This document shows positions 14,501 to 26,040 of a DNA stretch of 64,000 bases, piece by piece (the stretch's first letter is position 1; every line of letters begins with the position of its first letter). The notes under the pieces were generated by a model, which saw only the letters and a program-made list of their open reading frames with translations, ran no database searches and was not told the DNA's origin. Location: positions 3,534,001 through 3,598,000 of the forward strand of contig OZ176054.1 in the NCBI GenBank assembly GCA_964247055.1. Direction: 5' to 3'. Source of the DNA: Paragordius varius. Lineage: Eukaryota > Animalia > Nematomorpha. The position numbers and the translations under genes are program-made.

Positions 14501-17500
14501 CGCAATTTCAAAACGAAAAATTCCTAATTAATCTTATATTAAAATTATTATTTATACCAATTATTATTATAATTATATATTGTTATCTATTTACTCTCTA
14601 ACTTTATATTCTATCTTTTATCACTTATCCTATACTTTTAAACATACCTATTAACATTTTGTTTTGGACGTAGGACTTACCGTTGGCCTTATTTCCTTTA
14701 ATTTGCCTATTAATATTCTTTTCCTTGAAATATATAGATTGTATTCTTGGATAAGTATTGTAGCACAGTTCTTTAATTTAATTTTAATAAAATATTTTAC
14801 TTTGATTTTCACTTTGATACATAAAAGAACCCTTGATTTATAAATTGTTTTATACATTAATTTTTGCTATCAAATTTTTTTTATTCGAAATATAGTTTAC
14901 CTTTTACTTATAGCCTATGTTTTTTAACATATCTCAATTGTCATAATTAGTTCGACCCTTCAATTTTATTATTTTTATTTGTTTGTTTAAAGCTGTCAAA
15001 TGAATATTGATGTGAGTAAAAATAACCGGTTAGGCCTGGCCAGCCATGGTTTTAGTGTTGTGGCCAATAATACAAAGAGAATGCATAGGAAAATGGGATC
15101 CTTGTGTTTTTCTAGTTTAAATGTTGGTTCATTGAAAAGTAAGTTAAATGATATTGTGAGAATAATGAAAGTTAAACATATAGATATTTTGGCATTACAA
15201 GAGACTCGTTACCGTGGAAATGGAGCAAGGACTTTGGATATTACTCAGTGAAAGTGGCGGACGAAATGGAGTGGCAGTTATCATAAATCCCAAATTGTCC
15301 AATCAGGTTAAAGAGGTAAGACGCTATAACAGCCGAATTATGAATTTGGATATTTTGGTAGATAACGAGGTCATAACGGTATTCAGTATATATATGCCCC
15401 GCAAATAGGTTTACCAAAACAAAAAAAGGAGGAATACGAGAATCTGGATGAAAAATTAGTCGCTCTCCCTCAGCTCAGAATCATTTTTATGTGGGGATTT
15501 TAATGGTCATCTTGGTTCAAGTAGGGAATCTTTTTAAATATGGCACGGGGGACATTCTTATGGAGAAAGAAACGAGAATGGAATTAATTTGCTTAGATTT
15601 GCACAATCTCACAATTTGGCGATAGCGAACACGTTTTTTGAAAAAAGAGAGAGTCATCTAGTAACTTACAAAAGCGGCATAAACAAATCTCAAATAGATT
15701 TTATACTAGTCCCAAGACACTTATTGAAGCTTGTATTAGACTGTAAGGTCGTGCCAAACATAGAAATTAGTTCGCAACATAATTTATTTATTTGTAAATT
15801 TTTTGTGAAGAAAAGTCAAAACAAATTGTTCAAGATTAAAAACTATAAAGTGGGAGAAATTATCTGAAAAAAGCATTAGAAATACGGTTATCCGAGGATG
15901 GTGGGTTAAATGGCGAGTGGGATAAAGTAAGTCAGTTAATCAAAAAGGCAAGAACTCTATGTGGATTAAAAGGCGGCAAATTTCAAGTATACAGAGAGGC
16001 TTGGCTTTAGTATGAAAGAATAATATTGATGTCACGAGAAAAAGGTAAGGCTTTTGACAAATGGAGACATACAAGGAATGATGATAGAGATAAGTATAAA
16101 AGCTTAAATTAAGGAATTGAAAAAATTAGTTTGCCAGGTTAAGAAAGAAAAGATGATATTTTATGCTGATTTAAATAGTAAGCAAGGTTTCAAAGTGTAT
16201 AAAGTTGCGCAGCAAAGGAATAAACGCAGGATGAATTTGCCAGGTTATGCGACTGCAATAAAAGGAAAAGATGGAAACTTGCTGTGCCAAAATGTAGAAA
16301 TATTAAAAAGATGGAAAGAGTACTGTGTGAGTTTCGATGAAGGGGTGGCGAATTTTTGCCAAACACAGTTGAAACTACTGATAGAAGCAATTACAGAAAA
16401 AGAGGTAGAATCCAATTTGTTAGAAATGCCAAACACAAGGCTGTAGGATCGGACGACATAAATATAAATTGTTGGAAAGTTCTTGGAAACGCTGGATTAA
16501 AATGCTTGGAGCGTGTTTTTAATAAAATTGTTTCAACTTATAAAATCCCGGTGGAATGGAAGGAAAGTTTAACTGTGACGTTATTTAAAGGAAAAGGTGA
16601 TATAAATGAATGTAGTAACTATAGAGGGATAAAACTAATGTCGTACACCATGAAATTGTTTGAAAAAATAATTGAAAAGCGAATCAGGAAAATGATATCT
16701 ATAGAAGGAAATCCATTTGGTTTCATGCCAGGAAAGTCAACAATAGATCCTATACATGCGGTTAGGAGGTTGATTGAAAAACACATTGAAAAAAAGAAAG
16801 AATTACACGGGGTTTTAATTGACATAGAGAAGGCGTTAGACAGGATTTCTAGAGAAACTATTTGGTGGAGTCTCCGTCGTAAAAAGGTGCCAGAAAGTTT
16901 TATTAAGTTGTTACAAATAATGTACAAAACCACACCTCCAGGATTAAAACCCCACAAGGTTTATAAGAGCCCTTTTCAATAAAGCATGGAGTCTACCAAG
17001 ACTCATCACTCAGCCCCTTATTGTTTATAATTTGTATGGACGAGGTAGCCAAGGTTGTTAATGTGAGTTCAGGATGGTACTTAATGTATGCAGATGACAT
17101 AATCATCTTGTCTGATTCATTAACTGAGTTAAAGCGACGGTAAACAGATGGGTTATTATGCTGGATCAATACGGTCTGAAAGTAAACAAAGCAAAAACCG
17201 AACTTATTACTTTTGGGGGTCTACAACATGAAATGGTAGTTGATGATAGTTGGGTAAAGAATGGTAAAGAAAGTTGCAAATATTTGGGGGCTATGTTAAG
17301 TTCAGATGGATCGTTGACTGATGATATTAATTTAAGATTAAAGAGCAGTTGGTAAATTGGAAGAAAATTTCAAGCGTGTTATGCGATCGAAATATTGATT
17401 TTAGTGTGAAAGGTAAGATATACAGTCCAGTTGTTCAGCCTTAAATGATGTATAATTTACAGATGTGGGGTGTTAAAAAATCCGAAGAAAGACATTTTAA

Positions 17501-20500
17501 CGTGACTGAAATGAAAATGCTTAGAATGATGTGTGGTGTAACAAGAAAGGACAGAATTGAGAATAGATTTATTCGTGGGAGCACAGATATTAAACCAATA
17601 GTGGAAAGAATGTCAAAAAATAGGCTACGTTGGTTCGGGAACATTGAAAGGAGAGATTCTAATTATATTCCAAAAATAATAGTCATATAGTTGAGGGAAA
17701 GCGAGGACGTGGGCGGCCTAAATCGAAATGGATGTACAGTAAAAAAAAGAGCTAGCAGAATACGAGATTAATGCAGGATGCCATAGATAGAGTTCTATGG
17801 CGAGACAGGTTGTATAACATGACCGCCTCACGAGTGAAAACATGTAATGTAATAATAATAATAATAAATAGCCTAAAATCATATAAATAGGGTTTCTCTA
17901 AAATCTCAATTCAAAAGATGGTGTTTTTCTTTTAAGACACTTAAAAGTCAAATTTTATATAAAACTATATTAAAATAATTTTTTAATTATTTACTAGCTA
18001 AACTCACTATTTTAATATTCATATTTTATTCCGTAAAAAACTTCTATATCAAAATAAAACTAAAAAATATTGTTATTTATTTTTTTATTATTTTGTCATC
18101 TGGTTTATGAGTGTATAAAAAATTTACACTGTTTTATTTTGGAATCTTACATGAATGGGAGTTTATAAAGTATGTAATTTGTGTAAAATGGGATTTAAAT
18201 GTGATGGAATATCAACCAATAGCCCGTACAAATCCCTGTAACAATTATGTTTTAACACAAATTAATAATTTTCACTGGATATGCATGAATATTTGGTTAA
18301 TTTTATACTACTCTTAAATCCTATTTTCATAAATTATATATTTTATAACTCCCATTCATGTAAGATTCCAACATAAAATAGTATAAATTTTTATACACTC
18401 ATAAAACAAATGCCAAAAATTAATCATATTTTTTAGTTTTATTTTGATATAAAAATTTTTGCATAAAATATGAATGTTAATATTTTAACACTTCGATTCA
18501 AATTGGGGTGTCTAAATACCCCAGACTTAATGTAAATAAAATTTTTTTAAAAACTACTGAAGGAAACGGTCCCAATTTAAATTTATGCTTCTATCCTGAT
18601 AAATATAAATATGCCAAAATATCTTGATAAAATTTTGTTTTATAAAAAAAGTTCCATCTCAAACTACTTCGACGCCATTTTTATTTTACAAAAATTTTGC
18701 AAAATATCGTCTTCATTTAATTTTAAGAGTAAAACTAAAGGTTATTTTTTATATAAATTACATTTAACATTGATTGAAATAGAAAAGGCGGTTTATTTTG
18801 TATTATTTTTTAATTTTACAATTTGACACATGTCACGTTGACTAAATTTTTACCTTTTAGTTTTAGCTCAAAATAAGTAATATCAAGTATTTTTGAATAG
18901 AATTTTTTATATATTTCGGTTTATTAATGTTAGATAAGTGCAAAATTTTGCCATGGTTTTGATTGCTTCCATACTTTTTAATTAATTTAATTTTAAACAG
19001 GCCTGGGGTATCCAGCTACCCCAATTTGAATCGAAGGACTAAAATTAGTGTCTTGTATCCAAGTGTTAATAGTGAGTTTAGCTAGTAAATAATTTGTTTC
19101 ATAAAAAGATTTTTGTATTTTAAGTATGTTAAAAGAAAAACGCCATCTTTTGAACTGAGATAGGCTATTTATATATAAAAATATACCTTAATAATCAACC
19201 ATAATATTTCAACTTTTATCAAAAAATTTTGAATTATCCCCTAATTTTTACTTTTTGCCCGATTTCGATTTTCGCTCAATATTACAAAAACTAGGTAGTA
19301 AACTAAAAAATTTTACGGCAAATGAATATGCTGGTCATGGGCTATCTCATTGAAAACAAATTATATTGTTAAAAAATTTTTTGCACACTTTGTATAAATA
19401 TACATTATTTTATTGCAGTTTTTATAATTAGGATATAAGTGTAACAAATTATAGTATTTTCTGACGATTTGAGAACATGATAAACATCAACTATGTTATT
19501 TGGTTATTATATATTACAAAATAATTTGGTTTATTACCATGATACGGTTAATTGAAATTTTTGAGATTTTGGTTAAATATGGAAATATCCGCTTAGAACA
19601 ATAAAAGATTTCTGGCATCTTACTTTAAACATTTTCTTCGGATGCCTAAATGTTAATATTATACAAGAAAAAACATGTACTTACTTTTTGTTAGCTGTGC
19701 CGTTATAAAGCTTCAGCGTATCATTTATGTGACCAAACGCATTTCCATTTGGTCCATCAGAGTCATTTTGACTTGTGCTATCTGTTTTATTACTGTCATC
19801 TCTAAGATTGGAACTTTTCTTAATGGTGTCAAGCAGGTCACTTTCTAATTTTTTGTCGCCCTTGGTTTCATCCTGTTTAAGTAATTGTGTTAGGTATGAC
19901 AAAAGTTCTCCTTGCTTTCCAAGTTTATGGTTTTTGTGTTTGTTAACTACTGAAAATTAAATACATACCGGTATTAAACTTTTAAAAAGCTTATTAAATT
20001 TTGGCTGGTCGTCGGGTACTTATTTTAAACCGTTAAAGACTCCAGCCTAAAATTTAAACATATATCGAAACTAATTAGAGGACCTAAAAATTAGTGATAT
20101 ATTTAAGCCGATAGTTTACTAACCCCAGTCTACATGAATTAAACTTTTGTATATAAATATTTGTAATTAAATATCTTTATTTATTAAAAGTTTGTATAAA
20201 TATGTGTCTATTTTATATTGATAAAAAGACCTCCACATTAACCTATTTAGTAAAGAAATTCAAATTATAATCATATTCATCTATGTTTTCAAATCTAACC
20301 ATAACCTTTTTGACCATTTTTGGAGTTTGCCGGATATATTTAACAAAAAGCGCAATTAACTTTTAATGTTAAATTATCATTAAATTGTTTTGACTCAAAA
20401 AAGAAATAAGAAAAAACCCGGAAACGGTTTCGATATTATAAAAATATTTTGAAACGGTTTTAGCTATGGCAAATTATTATTAAATAACAAGTGCTTTTTA

Positions 20501-20729
20501 GAGGGCAAAACATGTGTGTTTTAAATTTTTAGAATATGCGGTATTCTTCACTTTAATATATGCAATATGATAAACATAATTGTTTTAGATTTAAAAAAAG
20601 TCACATTAAGAGACGCAAGTGTTGAATTAAAAAAATCAAGTCAATACCCATTTTTGTTGAAGATTTATCCTTTTCAAGCATCTTAAATAAAAGATGTTTT
20701 AGATCCGTCGATTCCTTTGATTTTTTCAT
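4724..20729 (-). CDS. Large low-complexity Lys/Arg/Ser/Asp/Asn-rich protein with RS-like C-terminal region, ~1548 aa, no recognisable domain; both ends uncertain
   Basis: Phase-consistent GT-AG exons (minus strand): 20729-20648, 19949-19685, 12988-12825, 12625-12589, 11381-11301, 11220-11149, 10211-10053, 9978-9788, 9713-7436, 7088-6693, 6587-6469, 6088-6044, 5945-5840, 5720-5536, 5315-5199, 5073-4724. Total 4647 nt, divisible by 3. Includes the 744-aa ORF. The last exon may instead splice at 4752 to further small exons. Confidence 0.8.
5461..5516. repeat. Compound (CA)n(TA)n microsatellite
   Basis: Directly visible cacaca...tatata run in the intron between exons 5720-5536 and 5315-5199. Confidence 0.95.
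6141..6444. mobile_element. MITE family B, copy 1 (TA-flanked, 21-bp subterminal repeats)
   Basis: Inverted arms built of AATTCAAATTCACCCTTGAAC-like units; right end ...GAATGG|TA. Similar to 12008-12318 and 61312-61582. Left end decayed. Confidence 0.7.
10239..10505. mobile_element. hAT-type MITE (267 bp)
   Basis: TIRs CAGTGGTATCCAA / TTGGACACCCCTG. Perfect 8-bp TSD GTTTATAC (10231-10238 and 10506-10513). The internal GGCCCGCGAAAAATTTGGAAT segment resembles 570-600. Confidence 0.85.
12008..12318. mobile_element. MITE family B, copy 2
   Basis: TA|CCGTTTAC...TTAAATGG|TA ends; tandem 21-bp AAATTCACCCTTGAACAATTC-like units inverted at both ends. Confidence 0.8.
13695..14211. mobile_element. MITE family A, copy 1 (left end eroded)
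   Basis: 21-bp subterminal units TTGGTCCTTGAACACTTCAAG at left, inverted at right; right end GTGCAAATGG|TA. Interior similar to 24474-24957. Confidence 0.8.
14462..17864 (+). mobile_element. Near full-length RTE-type non-LTR retrotransposon (APE endonuclease + RT), frameshifted
   Basis: Endonuclease motifs LNVGSL, DILALQETR, GDFNGH, SQIDFILV. RT region NYRGIKLMS, GFMPGKSTIDPI, FIDIEKA-like, and YADD at ~17087. 3' (TAA)n tail at 17845-17866. Candidate TSD ATAAATAGCC at 14452-14461 and 17864-17873. Multiple stops and frameshifts. Confidence 0.92.
18489..19038. mobile_element. piggyBac-like MITE family C, copy 1
   Basis: Ends TTAA|CACTTCGATTCAAATTGGGGT and ACCCCAATTTGAATCGAAGGA|CTAA. Interior similar to 31073-31590 and 48511-49023. 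Superfamily inferred from TTAA-like flanks and C(A/C)CTT termini. Confidence 0.65.
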
Positions 20730-23162
20730 TATAATACTACAGTATAAAAATATTATTATATCGATAAAATATAGGATGGTTTATACGATTTTGTTGCTCT
20801 TGTTAAAAGTTAAAACATCCAAAAATATAAATATAATAAATAAATGCATTCACAATCTGAAAATAATTAGAAGAAATAGTTTGCCACGCTTGCAAATACG
20901 TTTTGATTGATAGGAGATACGTTATTGATTTGTTTATACCAAAATAGGTGTAAATGTAAATCAAAAATGCAAAAAAAATAGTTCAGGTATTATAATAACA
21001 TCTTAACTTACGCTGAAATGGGCTTCATACTAAAAAGCATTTAAAAATAAAAATATATCAAGTAATACCTTTATGTGTGAGGGGAATATATTTTTCGAAA
21101 TTGATTATCAAAATTTTTGAAATTATAAAAAAAATTATTTGATTGATGTCAATTATATACCAAATATACTGCTAAAAATTTTTTTAGAATAACCCGATAG
21201 TATGTGTGTGATTTTTTTTAAAAAAATGCAAATAAATATAAATATTTTTATTTTATTTACCTATAATGGAGCTAACGTTACTAATATGGAACACGTTCGT
21301 TTTTTAGATAGCTATTTTTTTTGCTTTTATACATTTTTTGATGTTTTGTTTCTTTATTTACCTTTGCAAATATTGAAATAATTAATATATATTACTAAAA
21401 CGTATAAAAAAGCTAGCTAAATGATGAGAACATTTCGTGTAAAAATTATTATAAAAAGGAAATATAGTTAAAGGGCATTTTTCTTTGAAAATACTGTGTA
21501 TATTTGAAATTATGCTTTTAACATTGAGATAAGCTAAAATTTTATTAATTTTTTTACTTTATATGTCAACATCTTATATTTTTCTAAGATATTTTTATAT
21601 CAGCGATTCGGTGACTTATTCAGTTTAAGTCTGTTAACTAAGAATAATTTTTAAGACTATCTGCTTCAGACTTTAATCTTTTTTTGGCAAAAATTCAGCA
21701 CTAAGCTTTTAAAAATTTTATAGTTTAGATCAGTGTACAGAAACCGCGACCCATGGGTCGCATAAATTGCCGTTTTATCTAAATTTTAAATTTTTTGATG
21801 GATTCATTTTGAGTATGAATATCTGCAAATGTGTCAGCCATGAATTTATCGGTTTTATATGGTGCCCTTTAGTCAAAATAAATATTTTTTCTGTCCCTTA
21901 ACATTTTTTTGGTGAGTATTACTAGTTTACATCGAACTGCAAGCGCCAAATAGCTTTATATTATTGGCCATATCTGTGTTTTAAATGGCTAAAAGAGTAT
22001 TTAATTTACATTGTGCCATGTATGAAATATTTGATTTCACTAGTTACTTATTTAATTTAACATTTTATATTTTCTCCACAATCCAATTAAAGCGAATTAA
22101 ACATGGCAACCTCAGACTGTATAAAATAATCCTTTAGTCTAAATGACAGAAATGGTCAATAATAACTCTCGTAGTCACTGTAATTCCAAAATATTAATTA
22201 AATAATTAATTGATCGGATATAATTTATCGAATTTATAATTGCCTAATATTATAATCATTATTGGTTCATGCGGATTAAAGTAAGGCTCATCCAAAGGGC
22301 TTATTTAAATGCTTTTATCCATAATGCCTCATTAGAAAAATCCTACTATTGTTGTTGAATTTATAAAATCTCTATTTTCCAATTAGTTGCTGCAAAAAAC
22401 AGTTGGAAAGAGGATAGAGCTGAACACGGGCTGTTTTAAAGAACAAGGATTGACCATGATTAGCCCATTGATATATAGATATAATCCTTTAATTTGAATG
22501 GGCTTGCACTCTTTTCAAAAATTTGCTTAGGGGACTATATCTGAAAATATTTTAATTTTCAGATATAGTGATCCTTAGGATAATGAGGAATTGGTGGGCT
22601 AATTTAAGGGGTAGCTAGAATCGACACTCGTAAAACGTATCCTTCGAATTTGGATTAGTTTACCCGCTTTCCGAATGTTTTTAATTTAACAATTTATCTA
22701 TAATCCTTTTTTGCAACTCAATCAATCATATGTATATATGAAATATTTTCATTATTTAATTGATATATAAGCGCTACAATCTTTTATATGCATAATAATT
22801 TAAATTTTTTTATCATTTTATTTCGTGTTAGTTTTATATATATAGTTAAAAATTTTCATATTTAAATATTCAGGATATTGATTTAAATTAAAAAATGATT
22901 ACTATAGCCTTTTAGCTGCAATATTTGTAATAATTTTACTCTCTGCTAATGCTTAGATCATAAAAATTAGGTTTAATATTATCCGTTTTTTTAACTTATT
23001 TCGTAAAAAATGTAAAAAATCAATCGTATGCAATATTATCCTTAAAAAGACTAATTTGAAATCGCATATAATTTTTTTATCCTATAGGTTACTAGCTGTA
23101 ACTAAGACAATGTTAATAAATGAATTTTTTGAAATAAAAATATCAAAAGAGTAGAGTGTGGT

Positions 23163-23396
23163 ATATAATGTAAAATAAAAATGGAATTATACGGACAAAA
23201 AGTAAAAATGTAAAAAATATTTTTTTTAAAAGACAGCCTTACTTTTTAAATCTAACATTTCTATATTTTACAGAGTGTAAAATAAAAATTTTATATAGGA
23301 AAAATGAATTTAAAAATATGGTTGTCTTTTAAAAAAATTTGTCTTTATATTTTTCGTTTTGTCGGTATAATTTCAAATTTTACTGTATGTTCGTTT
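23163..23396. mobile_element. Palindromic MITE-like element
   Basis: ~70-bp imperfect inverted arms (GTAAAA...TTATACGGACAAAA...AAAAGACAGCC versus GGTTGTCTTTT...TTTTGTCGGTATAATTTCAAATTTTACTG|TA). The right end reads TA|CAGT on the minus strand. Confidence 0.55.
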
Positions 23397-24473
23397 GGAG
23401 ATTCAATATATAAAATTTAGATGGTATATTGCAACTATTTGAATAATATTTAAGATAATATTATGTTACTTATATCTAAACTAAATACAACCATTAGCTT
23501 AGATTGTTTATGGTTTTGTACCAATAAAATTTGTTTAAAATGAATTCACTCTTTGATCATATACATTTCTTCGAGAGGTCCTATTTACAGGAAATGTTCC
23601 GTTATCTGGGTAAGTTTTTTATATACATCAATACATTATAAATCACTTGTTTGCGATTTTTTTAAATTAGTATATCATATAAATTAATAAATAAGATATA
23701 ATGTCGATATCATTTTAAAAAATACTCACTTAAAAATTAGAATATTTGGATCTCGTATATTTAGAAAGCCTCCTATCATTTAACAATGTGGTAAATTTTT
23801 CATTTTTATTAACGATATCTTGAGCTGTCTTGCGATTTTCGCTATTTTTGCGGTTGAATGTGTCAATGAAAAATATTTTAATTTCCTATTTTACATTTTA
23901 AATTTAATGGCATTTAATAAATTTCTTAAAACGCCGTGATATAACAACATAACAGAAAATAGAGAAATAAACGGAAAATAAAAAAGAGTTTAAAATACTT
24001 GGTCAATAGTACTCGCAGAATAGTTTTATGCTTGCTTCTCAGCACCACACAACTATTTATGTAACTTAAGGTTTTGACATATAAAATTTCAATGGTTTCT
24101 TATTTTCACACTTATAGCAGGCGCTTTTGCACCACAGAAGTGTATGAGAAAAACAATAAAATGTTAATTAAACTTTTTTTCCATATAAGCCAAAATTAAA
24201 AAATCGCATTTTTAATGCACATTAGGTCAAATAAAATTAAATACAATAGATGAAAACGCATCAACCAAAATTTATTTTTTTATATGGCATAATAATTTCT
24301 AATTGCAAAATATTATCAATAAAGATTTTATATTTTTTCGGACGGTCCCAGAAAGACTTACAAGAATATTAGCTAAAAAATTGGCGTCTTTCTTGAATTA
24401 TACTTGTTGGTAAATTTTAATTTCTATTTAAACAATCATATATTTATTCTATATATATATATATATATATATA

Positions 24474-24957
24474 CCATTTCACTTCAAGTTGGTCCTTGAA
24501 CATATCAAGTTGGTCTTTTGACTTTTTTGTTTTGTTTTTAATTATTTTCATCATTTTATTGTAACCTATTTTATTAACATAAATTTTAAATCAATATCCA
24601 CTATTAATCATTGAGAAACCGTATATCTTAATTAATTTCTAAAAATTATTTTGGATATTTATAAGACTTTAACACCTAATTAAAAAATATTTAAGTTTTC
24701 AGGGTTATTGTTTACACTTTTTGATCAAAATTCAAAAATTAATAATTTTGTTAAATTGGATAAGCAAAAAAGTGGTTTCTGAATAAAAATATTTATTTTT
24801 AAATGAATAAATATATAATAAATAAAGAAAATTATGTTAAAAAATAATAAAATAAAAAAATAGATGCAAATATTATGATTAAACTGAAATTTAGACCAAC
24901 CTGAAATGTTCAAGGATCAACTTGAAGTGTTCAAGGACACTCTTGAAGTGCAAATGG
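24474..24957. mobile_element. MITE family A, copy 2 (complete, TA-flanked)
   Basis: TA|CCATTTCACTTCAAG ... CTTGAAGTGCAAATGG|TA, inserted in a (TA)n run; 21-bp subterminal repeats at both ends. Confidence 0.85.
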
Positions 24958-25068
24958 TATATATAGAGTTTACCCAAGCTTTCAAAAGAATAAGCCTTAT
25001 ATAAAAGAGCAATTGTTTCGATAATGTTTTAAAAAACATAATATATATATAAATATATATTATAAATA

Positions 25069-25255
25069 CTTTTTCCATACACGATGCATAAAAAAAGATC
25101 TGTCATCTCAGATTTTTGATTGGGATTTTTTGCACGTAAAACCTGATTAAATATTTTTGCACCACTTTGCATTCAAGACCGCTAGGGTATAAAATTCCCT
25201 AGATTAAAAACTGAGTCGATAAAGCTTTTTTCTGCATCGAATCGTGTGGAAAAAG
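25069..25255. mobile_element. Small TA-flanked MITE (187 bp)
   Basis: TIRs CTTTTTCCATACACGATGCATAAAAAAAG versus (reverse complement) CTTTTTCCACACGATTCGATGCAGAAAAAAG; TA on both sides. Confidence 0.65.
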
Positions 25256-25780
25256 TATTTATATTAACAAACAGTGACAAACAAAACGATTTTCATTTAT
25301 TTTAGCGAGAAAAAAAATGCTTTGGGAGTGGTTTGAATTTTTTATATAATATATAAAAGTCGTATACTTCAATTTATATTTATAATAATAACCAATCACA
25401 TATTTTCTGGATATTAAATTAATGTACAGGACCGCTCCAAAATAAAATTTACTATTGGCATTGAAATAATTTAACCATTAATTAAAGAATATGTTTTTTA
25501 AATTTATAAGTACTCTAACAACACCAAAAAGCATTCTAGATATATTTTAGGACAATTTTATGGGAAATAATAAATGATTGTCATTGATCTCACAATTTGG
25601 GATGTAAAAAAGATGTAAAATTACGCAATATTACATTAGTTATAACCTATTACAAACATACTATACAATAGGATACGTGATTCAATTTATTTATATAAAA
25701 CATTATTTGTTTTTATAAATTTTTTTGCTAGATCAAACATGTGCTTTATGTAGGAGTGTACATGTGAAGCGAAATATATT

Positions 25781-25835
25781 CACGTGAACTGCGAACGCTG
25801 ATTGGTGGAGAAGAAAAAGCTTTTTTTTGATTGGT
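25781..25835 (+). promoter_or_regulatory. Putative KLF proximal promoter: E-box plus two inverted CCAAT boxes
   Basis: CACGTG at 25781-25786; TGATTGGT motifs with ATTGG at 25801 and 25830; 200-260 bp upstream of the predicted ATG at 26041. Motif match only. Confidence 0.4.
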
Positions 25836-26040
25836 GCATTTTGTCACGCCTCCCGTTTAAATTTGTGAGATGAAGGAAAAATAAGTGGGATTGTTCGCAT
25901 AGCAAAAAATGAGTAATATTTGTATTATATAAGCTTCCAATTTATGTACAATTGTTATCCTAAAATATATTATTCATTATTATTATTGAGTATTTTCAAA
26001 ATTTATCTTATTAAATCATAATTGAAACCTATTTTAATAC

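Larger units (their letters stand above)
14231..19392. mobile_element. Foldback / long-TIR non-autonomous DNA element (~1.2 kb after removing two nested insertions), Tc1/mariner-like ends
   Basis: 14231-14461 joined to 17865-18200 is the reverse complement of 18310-18488 joined to 19039-19392. Ends TA|CTGTGTGCAAAA and TTGCACACTTTG|TA. Confidence 0.7.

Noticed and set aside
21260-21362. Candidate upstream exon of the minus-strand gene (flanked by AG and GTAAAT)
   Set aside because: All three frames contain stops. At most a 5'-UTR exon, and unsupported.
22150-22500. Suspected mitochondrial insertion or relic coding sequence
   Set aside because: No recognisable protein or rRNA motif in any frame.
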